Source of the DNA: Moniliella sp. 'wahieum' | Taxonomy: Eukaryota | Length of the DNA: 64,000 nucleotides | NCBI GenBank assembly: GCA_003971905.1 | Contig: RSEE01000100.1 | Span: forward strand, 62,001 to 126,000 | Direction of reading: 5' to 3' | Shown here: piece by piece, positions 26,594-36,290 of the stretch | Numbering within the stretch: position 1 is the first letter of the stretch | Layout of the letters: every line of letters begins with the position of its first letter | The notes under the pieces: generated by a model | Told to the model about the DNA's origin: nothing | Databases searched by the model: none | The model's input: the letters and a program-made list of their open reading frames with translations, nothing else | Translations under genes and position numbers: made by a program

Positions 26594-27826
26594 CTATTTG
26601 TCAGATAGGGCAAGGTCCACAGACAGGGTCTCCCCTTCGGAGACGTCGTCTTCGGTGGCAATGTGCGCTCGCGCGGAGCTGTTGCGGTGCCATTTGTTGT
26701 TCGAAGGAACCCCGGTGTGGCCGGACGGCTTTCTCGCAAGAGCACCCCCGCTACGGGGAGATGCACCGGCAGGAGGACCCCCGCTATGCTGCTGGGATCC
26801 CGCGCTGTCGTGTTTGCCAGCGCCCGAGTTGGCGGTCCGGGGGTGACGGCCCCGGTACGGAATTCTGTACTCTGGGTCCGCTGGGATTCTCTCCACGTCT
26901 TGCATTGTCTCCGCCAGAGTCATGTGCTCTAGGCGGCGACGGTCACCAGGGTCGCGGAGGGCCCCGACGAGGATACGGCGGAATTGCTCGTCCGACATCG
27001 GTGTGGTTGCGCTGATCCGGTTGCGGAGCGTCCCCATTTCAGATAGGAACTCGCTCCCGCTGCGCCGGTTTTGGTAGCAGTGGTGAAAGCGACTGGACAA
27101 TTCATGATACGTCTTGCAGTCGACCGTACCGTATTTGTTTCGCAGGGCACGGAGCAAGTCAGCTGACGTGTCAACGTTGTCCTGTGCAATAATGGCAGAT
27201 TGAACGTCGTTCGGGAGGTGGGACCACAGAAGGTTCTGGAGGCGTAGATCGAGGGACGAGTCGTAGTGTGGTGACGATGGACCGGAGCGAACGATGTCCT
27301 TCGCGGCGGGGTGGATGCGGTCCAGGATGTTGAGGATGGAGGGCTCCCAGAGCACATATTCGGTGGGGTCGCGGAAGGCGTCCTTGCGCGTCGCGTTGGT
27401 ACGCTCGATCTCTTTTGACGCGCGTTTCTCAGCGTGGCGAAGCTCGGCCATGTCCTCACTCGCGGATGCAAGGGCCTCACGGGTGTTTTGCGGCTTCGTG
27501 AATTCAACGGCCAATACATATTTCTCCAACGCGAGGGTGAGCGTGTAGATCCAATTTTCCTTTCCGCCCGGTGTTTTCTTGCTCTTCGGTCCATACGCCG
27601 CCGTGTGTGCATCCGTAGCGAACGAGCGGCATGTGGAGCGGAGATTGTCAGCGCTGGTGGGCTTGAACGCGCGGGTGCTTGCGAGGAGGTTGTCTCTGAC
27701 GTCGGTGAGGGCCTGTTGCCAGGTCGGGTCGGAGACAGGGGTGGTGGTCGGTTCGTCGATGTCCTGCGCCTCTTCGATGACAGAGACTTCGGGAGGAGGG
27801 GTGTTTTCTTCCAGTTCGGGGGGCAT
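26594..27826 (-). CDS. gag: Copia Gag (410 aa) ending in TAG
   Basis: Position downstream of the 5' LTR/PBS; copia-gag-like segment SADLLRALRNKYG..SEFLSEMGTLRNRI; no CCHC knuckle visible. Confidence 0.85.
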   Translation of the reverse strand: MPPELEENTPPPEVSVIEEAQDIDEPTTTPVSDPTWQQALTDVRDNLLASTRAFKPTSADNLRSTCRSFATDAHTAAYGPKSKKTPGGKENWIYTLTLALEKYVLAVEFTKPQNTREALASASEDMAELRHAEKRASKEIERTNATRKDAFRDPTEYVLWEPSILNILDRIHPAAKDIVRSGPSSPHYDSSLDLRLQNLLWSHLPNDVQSAIIAQDNVDTSADLLRALRNKYGTVDCKTYHELSSRFHHCYQNRRSGSEFLSEMGTLRNRISATTPMSDEQFRRILVGALRDPGDRRRLEHMTLAETMQDVERIPADPEYRIPYRGRHPRTANSGAGKHDSAGSQQHSGGPPAGASPRSGGALARKPSGHTGVPSNNKWHRNSSARAHIATEDDVSEGETLSVDLALSDK

Positions 27827-27960
27827 GGTGGCTGATTTTTCCTTTGTTTTTTTTTTGAATTGGTTGGTGTGTGGTGCCGATGGTGGCGTTGGGGTGGTGG
27901 TGGTGACGGTGGGCGCCGATGGTGGTGCTGAGTATTGATCCTTTGCGCCAGTGGGGTGCT

Positions 27961-27974
27961 TCAGATTGTAGCTC
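27961..27974 (-). promoter_or_regulatory. Putative primer-binding site complementary to a tRNA anticodon arm
   Basis: GAGCTACAATCTGA directly abuts the 5' LTR with no TGG; its complement reads TCAGA-TT-GTA-GC-TC, the layout of an anticodon stem-loop. Confidence 0.6.
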
Positions 27975-28586
27975 TGTCACAGGCCTAGCTAGCGATGCTG
28001 GCGATGGTCGATGGAGATGGCATTCAAGAGCTAAGGAGAGCTAGAGCTATGGGCCTTGATAGGCTCCTGGCCTGGAGGCCAGTGGAAACCCGTGGAAGGG
28101 TCGGAACTCACTGCCCCGGTGCACTGTGTGGATCGGGCCACGTGTCACTGAAGGCCGATGGGCTCTAGACCACTGGTGGTCAACACTCCCAAGTCGCACT
28201 CTAGCATCTGTACAGTAGGATCCATGGAGGGACGCCTGCATGTGACATGTGGTTCTCTGGCAGACCTCAGATCTCACTCCTGTATTAGTTTAGTCGTGCA
28301 GCTTGAGGCTCTCGGGATAATCGATAATCGATCATGCATCATGGATCGTCTTGCCTTTTGCGTCTTCTTACAAAAAGGCGCAGTCGAATGGGTCACTGCG
28401 TTTCCTTTCCCCCTTCAATTAATTGCTCTTTAGTCTGCCAGTTACCAGTGAGCTGCGCTCAAGCTTCAAATTGGATGTCAAGATTCAAGCTTCACGTTTT
28501 GCGCATGCTCTTCTGTGCGCTGTGGAAGAATACACAACGTGCGGGGAAGACCATTCTGATAGGAATGGTTAATGGACTGGGCTGGG

Positions 28587-28663
28587 GATCATCGATCATC
28601 GATCATCTCGATCATCGATCATCTCGATCATCGATCATCTCGATCATCGATCATCTCGATCAT
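28587..28663. repeat. Compound GATCATC / GATCATCTC array (16-bp higher-order unit x4)
   Basis: Read directly. Confidence 0.9.
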
Positions 28664-29195
28664 GCATCACACATCACATCGCATGCTCCACTCCCTCCCT
28701 GTGCCGGTACGTACTAGTGGTGGGCGGGGAACCTCTCCGACGAGCAGTCTGCAGCAGAGATGCCGGTGGCCAGTCAATCGGTCGCCAGGAGCGGAACGAG
28801 GGTAGCGGTTAACCCGTAGCGCGCGTTACGCGTTACGCGTTACGAGTCAAGCGAAGAGCGGGCCGTGGTGCGGAGACAGACAGGATACCAACCACCAGAA
28901 AAGGAGACAGGAAAGGCGCTTTCCCGCGCGCGCAGTGCGTGCTCTGGCACGAACAGGTGTCTAGTGCCCCTACCAGCTTACGCTTAGACAAGCTACCGAT
29001 ATCACCCCCACGTCACAATCTGGATACTGATCAATACTGAGACTGAGCACTGAGTTGCAGAGTTGCAGTCGCGCCAGCCGAGTCACCGGCCGGCCACCGG
29101 CGGCCTGCCCTGGCCAATCATTAATCAGATCAGGTCGATCAGCGGAGGTTCCTGGCCCAGTTGGGGGCGGATGCTGCTGCGTCTGCTCCACCATC

Positions 29196-30180
29196 ATGAC
29201 CGAGCTCACCGTCGCCCAGGCCACGCACCAAGGTCTCTTCACCAGCCTACCTGAACCGCTGGTGCAGCGCGTCTTGGCTGCTGCGCCCTTCCTCACCGTA
29301 TCGGGGGTGCACAATGTGCGCGATGTAGGACAATGCGGCACCGACATGCAAGCTGCTCCGACGTTGAAGTCCGGCCCGTGTTCCGCTCGGCATCGCTGCA
29401 CCAACTCACACACACGCAAGGATCCAGGACCTGGTCAGGCTCGGCGTGGTCACAGTGTTTGATCTGCGGTCAGAGCAGGAGCGCGCGGCGCTCCCGCCGC
29501 CGCCAATGGAGGGCATCAAGATAGTTTGGTTCCCGCCCGCTCAGCCTCCAAGCTCCCTGGACTTTTCTACACGTTTACCGGTTCCTCGGAGCAGGTGGGC
29601 AAGGCGTTCGAAGTACTCTACATGGACATCTTGGTTACCCACACCCCGGTCTACCGTGCTGTGTTCGAACATATTCGAGATGCCCGGACGGTCACAACCT
29701 CCTCTTCCATTGCCAGGTGGGCAAGGACCGCACGGGCGTGCTCGCTGCTTTGATCCTCGACCTGGTAGGCGTCCAGGACAGGTTGATTGCGCATGACTAT
29801 TCTTTGTCCCGCATCGGCCTCGAGCCAGCACGAGACCAGTTACGTCAACTTTCCCTCGTCTACTCAAGTGCCAAGCAGCACGCGTCCGCGTCCCAGTCCG
29901 CGTCTCAGTCTGCCACCTCCCCTCCCCCCACTGCTCCGCCCGTATCTAGCCTCGGCCCTCGCTCAGCCAGTTCTGGGCCAGTGGACAAGACGCGTTCCAG
30001 CAGGACGCCGCCCCCCCCCCAAGTTGGCGTTCATGGAGAACCTGATGCGATCCGACGAGCAAGTGATGATGAACTTCCTCGCTTGCCTCCGCGCCACACG
30101 GAGGCGCACAAGGTTACCTCACGAACCAGCTCGGATTCTCCTCCCTTGACCTCGACCGCATTCGCGCCCGGCTGGTGTAA
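29196..30180 (+). CDS. Tyrosine-phosphatase-like protein (Y_phosphatase3 type); frameshifted
   Basis: PFLTVSGVHNVRDVG; VFRSASL; VTVFDLRS; P-loop FHCQVGKDRTG; IAHDYSLS. Confidence 0.85.
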
Positions 30181-31167
30181 AAGTGAGTGCTGAGCACCAA
30201 GTACGGAGTACTGAGTACTGTGTACTTTGGCTGCCGCCTCACCTTTTAGCGCCAAAACAAAAAGCATAGTGGTGCGCTGTTGTCCAAGGCGCACGAGGGT
30301 CAATGATTAATGATCGATGATCAATGAGCCACCTTTTTGCTCGCTTGCGGGTTGTGGGTTGTGGGTTGTGGGTTGTGGGTTGTCGCTCTCGTAGCTCGTT
30401 GCACTTGGCCTTCTGTGCCACCTACATCCTTCACGTTGTGAAATCTGCTATGCTGGGACGATAACAGGGACCGGGGGGTGGGGGGTGGGGGGCGTAACGC
30501 GTACCATATGCCAAAGGGCGCCGTGTGAATAGCTTGTAGGCGGGCAATTCGCGCTCCGTGGCGCAGGACTCACATGCCATATGTCACAGCTGCTCAGGCT
30601 CTGTGCTCGGCTCAGGCGCTCAGGTGTTGATCTCCAGCATGGGGGCTCACCGGCTTCAACCGAAGCCAATTTTCGTTGCGAGTTCGGCCACAGGATGTCT
30701 GTCCATGCACCATGCCATCGGCTGTTGGCGGGTACTTACTACTTACTACTTACTACTTACTATTTACTACTTGCTGTTGGGCCCCAGAGCGCCCCCGTAT
30801 GGTCGTCTCAGGCTTAAGGTCGAACCGGCACCTGCGGCAACCGGCCCGTAACCTTTAGGCCGTGGGGCCTTGGGCCTTTTAATTTTAACCCCAACCGCAC
30901 AAGGCTGCCGGGTGGGCGTGTGGGGTATTTCTCATTCCGCCTTTCCCGCCCCATCGGCGGCGCACGGCGCGGGGTCACCGGTCATCGGTCACCGGGCATC
31001 ACTCACCGACCGGTCCCAGTGGGGTCACTGACTCAGCGTGAGCTCCGTGGGATGATGGATGATGGATGATGGCTGAGCTCAGCCGGCAGGCAGGCGGGCA
31101 GCGCACGCACCCGACCGACCCTCCGCCCGCCCGATCCACGCCGAGCGCCCCAGCCGCCCGCGAGCAC

Positions 31168-31247
31168 GGTTCTGGGTTCTGGTTCTGGGTTCTGGGTTCT
31201 GGGTTCTGGGTTCTGGGTTCTGGGTTCTGGGTTCTGGGTTCTGGGTT
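31168..31247. repeat. (GGGTTCT)n heptamer repeat, about 11 copies
   Basis: Read directly; one unit lacks a G. Confidence 0.95.
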
Positions 31248-31479
31248 GTCTCTGCCTCTGCCTCTGGGCGGACCACCACCGTGCAAGGACCCACTGTTGA
31301 CGCGTTGACGGCAGCCCCCCCCGCTTAGATCAGCTCTGCCTTCTGCTCCCTCAGGCCTCAGCCCTCAGCTTCCCGAGCTTCGACGTACACGGCGTCCTTT
31401 GTTCTTCTCTTGCTTGCTCTAGCGTGCGTTGTGCTTTTGCTTGTTTATTCCTGCCACCACCATCCTTCCCTCGTGCCCA

Positions 31480-32931
31480 ATGCCCTTGGCTTTCCTGTCC
31501 CCTGCTGCTCGTCTCGCTGCCCCGGGCCTGCTCGCCCGCGCGCCCCTCCTGCCCTTGGCCCACTCGCGTGGCTATGCCACGTCGCAGTCCAGTGGCCCGT
31601 TCAATATGACCAGTACGTTGTGCGCTTCCTTGTTCCTCCTTTGAGGACCGACTGACTGGGCCCACACTGCGCTGTTCTCTTGGGGTTTTTCTTCCGTCTG
31701 TCTGTGTATCTGTTTGTTGACCGTTGTGTGCTTTTCGCCTTTTCGCCTCAGAATTTTCCAAGTACAACTGGGAGGATCCGGTGGGGTTGGAAACCAACTT
31801 GACCGACGACGAAAAAGCGATTCGCGACACGGCCGCTGAGTTTGCTACGGACTACTTGGCGCCGCGGGTGAAGGAGATGGCACGGAACGAAACGTGGGAC
31901 CCGACCCTCTTGCCTGCCATGGGCAACGTTGGTCTCCTAGGCCCGACCATCCAAGGGTACGGCTGTGCCGGTGAACAATGTCGCGTACGGGTGATTGCGC
32001 GTGAAATCGAGAAAGTTGATTCGGGTTACCGCTCCATCTTGTCCGTTCAATCTTCTTTGGCGATGGGTGCGATTGCCCAGTTCGGTACCGACGCACAGAA
32101 GGAACGGCTTTTGCCCCGGATGGCACGCGGCGAGCTGGTAGGGTGTTTTGGTCTGACGGAGCCCAACCATGGATCGGACCCGAGCGGGATGGAGACCACA
32201 GCGGAAGATGTGGGGGACGGTGAGGTGGTGTTGAATGGGAGCAAGACGTGGATTTCCAACTCGCCGTATTCGGATGTGTTTGTGGTATGGGCCAAGGCCA
32301 AGTGGGATGGTAAGGTGCATGGGTTTGTGCTGGAACGCGGTACAAAGGGGTTGGAGGCGCCCAAGATTGCGCATAAAACCGCTTTGCGCGCTTCGGTCAC
32401 AGGATCCATCTTCCTGGATAATGTACGCGTCAAGATGGAGGCAAGTCACTTGGCTCGCGCCAAGCCGGGCTTGGGCGCGCCGTTCGAGTGCTTGAACAGT
32501 GCTCGGTACGGTATCAGTTGGGGCTCGATGGGCTCGCTCGAGGCGTGCATTGCCGAGGCTCGCGAATACGCTTTGGCTCGGCACCAGTTCCACAAACCCC
32601 TGGCGGGATTCCAATTGGTCCAGAAGAAATTGGTCGATGCGCATGCAGAGGTCCAGCTGGGGCTGCTGCTTTCGCTCCAGGTAGGCCGGGCCAAGACGCA
32701 GGCACGTACAACCCGCAAATGATCAGCTTGGCCAAACGCAACAATTGCGGTAAGGCCCTGCACCACGCTCGCATCCTGCTGGAAATCCTGGGCGGGAACG
32801 CGGCCTCGGACGAGTACCACCTCCCCCGCCACGCGGCTAACTTGTACGTCGTCAATACGTACGAGGGCACGTACGATGTCCATGGCTTGATCTTGGGCAA
32901 TGCCTTGACTGGCGTGCCTGCCTTTGCGTAG
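31480..32931 (+). CDS. GCDH: Mitochondrial glutaryl-CoA dehydrogenase (acyl-CoA dehydrogenase family)
   Basis: Presequence-like exon 1; intron 31613-31751; [61 protein letters not shown]. Confidence 0.92.
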
Positions 32932-33833
32932 GCCACCGCTGGGCTTGCCCGTGTCGCCGCATCCCCTTCCCGCGGTGGGAACGGGCGAGATGCATGAGGA
33001 TTCACAAGGCTTTTGTTTTGTCCCCAGGGACTAGGGGGGATGGGGGTCGGGGGCGAGGCAGGATACGTAGGACTAGGGCTGATGCGGTAGAGCGCGGGGG
33101 GGGGGGGGGGGCGATGCTGCTGCGCAATCAGCCTGATTCATCTTTCCCCTCGTGGGCAATTTACAGCCGTTGCAGTGCGAGGCAAGGCCCGCATTTAGCC
33201 TCGACTGGCTAAGCCCCCTGTTATTTACCCCGCACCTCTCTGTCGATCGACGATGGCTGAGGCAGCTGGCAGAGCGGAACCGACGCGGCGGAAGACGGGG
33301 CAGGCCGGGTTAGCATTCAATATTCAACGTTCAAATGTGCAATGCTGAGCAGGTGGGGACAGAGGCACGGGGGGCGTGTGGCGGTGGGGACAGGGCACGG
33401 GCATGCGTGTTTGCCTCCACGCGGCCAGATCCACATTGCTGCAGGTGCAGTGATCGATGATCGTCCAGGGCGATGCTCGCCCTGTGCCGCGTGCCCCAGG
33501 CAGCCACCGCGGCACAGCGCTGGGTGTGGTGGGTGGGGTGCTGGGCGGCGCACTGCTGCAGTGTCGCGCGCGCCCTCCACGCGTCGCTCGGCCTGGGCGG
33601 CGGCCGGCGGCTTGCCTAGCCGCTTGCCGCATGCGTGCTGGATATGGGTACTGGGCCATGATCTCGATGATCCACTCGGTGTGACATGGAGCACTGCCTG
33701 CCTCTTCCAGCACCCACTAGTACGTGCGACTCAGCGCAGCCGCCGCTCCCTCTTCCAGTCCCTCTCGCCCGCTCCCCCACCGCCTTCTTGCCTCCATCTC
33801 CACCGCCACCGCCACCCCACCGCCCACCCCACC

Positions 33834-36290
33834 ATGGCTCCCGCCAAGGGCAAGGGCAAGGGCAACGCGCCCGCCAGCCGCATGACCGCCAGCCAGCTCT
33901 ACACCCACATGGTCAGCACCAACCAGCTCGCCCAAGCGAGCATCGACGACCTCCACCGCCAAGAGGCCTTTGCAGCCTCCCAAGTCTCCCTTGCCGCCCA
34001 GTCCACCGACACCCTCGCGCTCAAGTCCACCAAGCGCCACGACGGCTCCTCCTACATTGCCCTCGGCCTCGACGGCGACAGCGAAGAAGAAACAGGCCTG
34101 CTCGACGGCGACGAGCAGCCCGAAACCGAGCGGGAAAAGGCCCAGCGCGTCGGCCGCACCCCAGGATGGTTCACCAACACCCATCGCGCCATCGACGAGT
34201 GGGTCAACACGTGCAGGGAAACGTTCCGACAGAGTCGCCGCGTGCGCATCGTGTCCTACCTGACCATTTTTGTCCTCGGCATGCTGCTTGTTGGCTCCTT
34301 CCTTTCGCCCGAGCGTCGTGCTTCCCTCTCCTCTATGGCCCCGTGGAAATCCGCCGATGAAGACCGACCCCTGACGCCCGAGGAGCAGGCCGCTGGTACC
34401 CACGCCTCTCCCGCGCTCGACCACCCTGACGACGCACAGGGGCTGGGCAATGGCCTGCTGGATCTCCGCCCGGGCGAGGCCGGCACATGGTACAAGTCCC
34501 ACCCTGGCCCCATGGCTACTGGCACGCTCCCCTTTTGGGCGTCGGCAGCGGCGCTGCCCACGGGTGCATCGCACACCCGTGGTCACCAGGTCTACCAAAC
34601 CGCTTTGGCCGGCGACCAGGCCGTGCAAACCTTGGCGCCATTTGACCACATGGGCCCGCTTACGCCTTACCGCTCTGCGCCTGGCTTTGGCATAGACAAT
34701 CTCCGCTACCGCGACGCATCGGGCTTGATGCCCAACGCTCAAGGACAAGGCTCCTGCACCATCGATCAAGTTCACATTCTTCATCGTCACGGCGCTCGCT
34801 ATCCTACCTCTGGCTCTCCCGTTCATGCGCTTCAGTCCCTCACCCGTGCCCGCGAGGCTGGCAAAGTCACCTTTTCGGGTCCTCTCGCGTTCCTCCAGTC
34901 TTGGTCTTACCAGTTGGGCAGCGAGTTGCTCACGCCCCCGGACGATTGGAACTGTACCACAGCGGTGTGCAGGCGCACATGCAGTACGCCCACCTGGTCG
35001 GCGACCAACACCAAGGTGTGGCCGTGTCGAGCCATGCGACATCGTCGACCCAGAAGAGAGATAAGTGGACTAAGCGCGCTGCACTCCGTGCCAGTCGCCG
35101 CCAATGGGGTTGGAGCACATCTACCGCCGACCACTCTTGGTCCGCGCTGGCTCTCAACGCCGCATTGTCGATTCCGCCCCTGTCCTGGCTCCAAGGGTTC
35201 TTTGGCCCGCAGCTCTGGAACGATTTTGCCGTCCCACCCGAAACGGACTTGGTCCCGCCCGATGGTGAGATGGTCTCCCACCCTCTTGGTAACCAGGTCG
35301 CACGCATCGATTTTCAAGTCCACCCAGAAGCTCCCGGATGGAACACTACCTTGGCAAGTAACTTTGCTTGTCCCGCCGCCGCCGGGGGGAACGCCACAAC
35401 GGCAGAACGCTTGACTGCCTTCCGTCAGACCTACCTCCACCAAGCGCTCGAACGCCTGCAGCCTCACATCCACATTGTTGGTGGTGGTGCTGCGGCGGCG
35501 CAGGGCCAGGACCAAGGACAAGAACAAGCAGATTGGGATGGTAAGTTGACCCCGGCATTGTTGAATGCGATGCAACAGCTGTGCTCGTACGAAACTGTCG
35601 CCCTGGGCCAATCTTCCTTTTGCTCCTTGTTCACCGCGGCCGAGTGGGAGGGGTACGAGCGGCTGTGGGACATGCAGTTCCACGGGTACGATGGGGCTGG
35701 TACGCCCTTGGGCGCGGCACAGGGCGTAGGGTGGACACAAGAGTTCCTCGCTCGCTTGACCAACCAGGCTTGGAACGCAACCGCCCAAACGAGTGAAAAC
35801 ACAACGGTCAACATGGACCCAACTAAGTTCCCCACCTCGGCGTCTCAACGCGTCTTTGTCGATTTCACCCACGACAGTATCCTCACCTCTGTCTTGGCTG
35901 CCTCGGCACCCAGGACCTCAATACCCTCCCGCCGTTCGATCCTGCCTCCCCGTCCTCGCTAGACGCACACGCTCGCTTCCGCACCAGCCATCTCGTGCCC
36001 TTTGCCGCGCGCATGGTCTTCGAACGCTTAACGTGTACTGAGGATGCCTCCCCGTCCGCCCACGGAGCGGGACAATACGTTCGCATGATCTTGAACGATG
36101 CTTTGGTCCCACTCGCTTCGGTCGGATGTACAGATCGTCCGGACGGCCTGTGCTCCGTACAGGAACTCCTGCGCGTACTTACCCCCGCTTGGAACGTACT
36201 ACCCACTCGTTTGCACAGGTGTGTGCGACGAATGCCACCACCACTACCTCTGCGCCTGCGTTGTAGGTTTCTCATCCCTCGATGCATCAC
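33834..36290 (+). CDS. Histidine acid phosphatase/phytase with N-terminal membrane anchor; frameshifted, 3' end approximate
   Basis: HRHGARYPT; LCSYETVALGQSSFCSLFT; DFTHDS; VPFAARMVFE; VRMILNDALVPL; TM segment IVSYLTIFVLGMLLVGSFL. Confidence 0.88.

Larger units (their letters stand above)
22913..28185 (-). mobile_element. Full-length Ty1/copia LTR retrotransposon, very recent insertion
   Basis: 211-bp LTRs (22913-23123, 27975-28185), identical by eye, TG..CA ends; 5-bp TSD CTCCC (22908-22912, 28186-28190); PPT AGGGGGG (23124-23130, minus strand); domain order PR-IN-RT-RH. Confidence 0.97.

Noticed and set aside
30349..31247. GGGTTGT and GGGTTCT arrays as interstitial telomeres
   Set aside because: Not TTAGGG, differ from each other, and fit the general heptamer pattern
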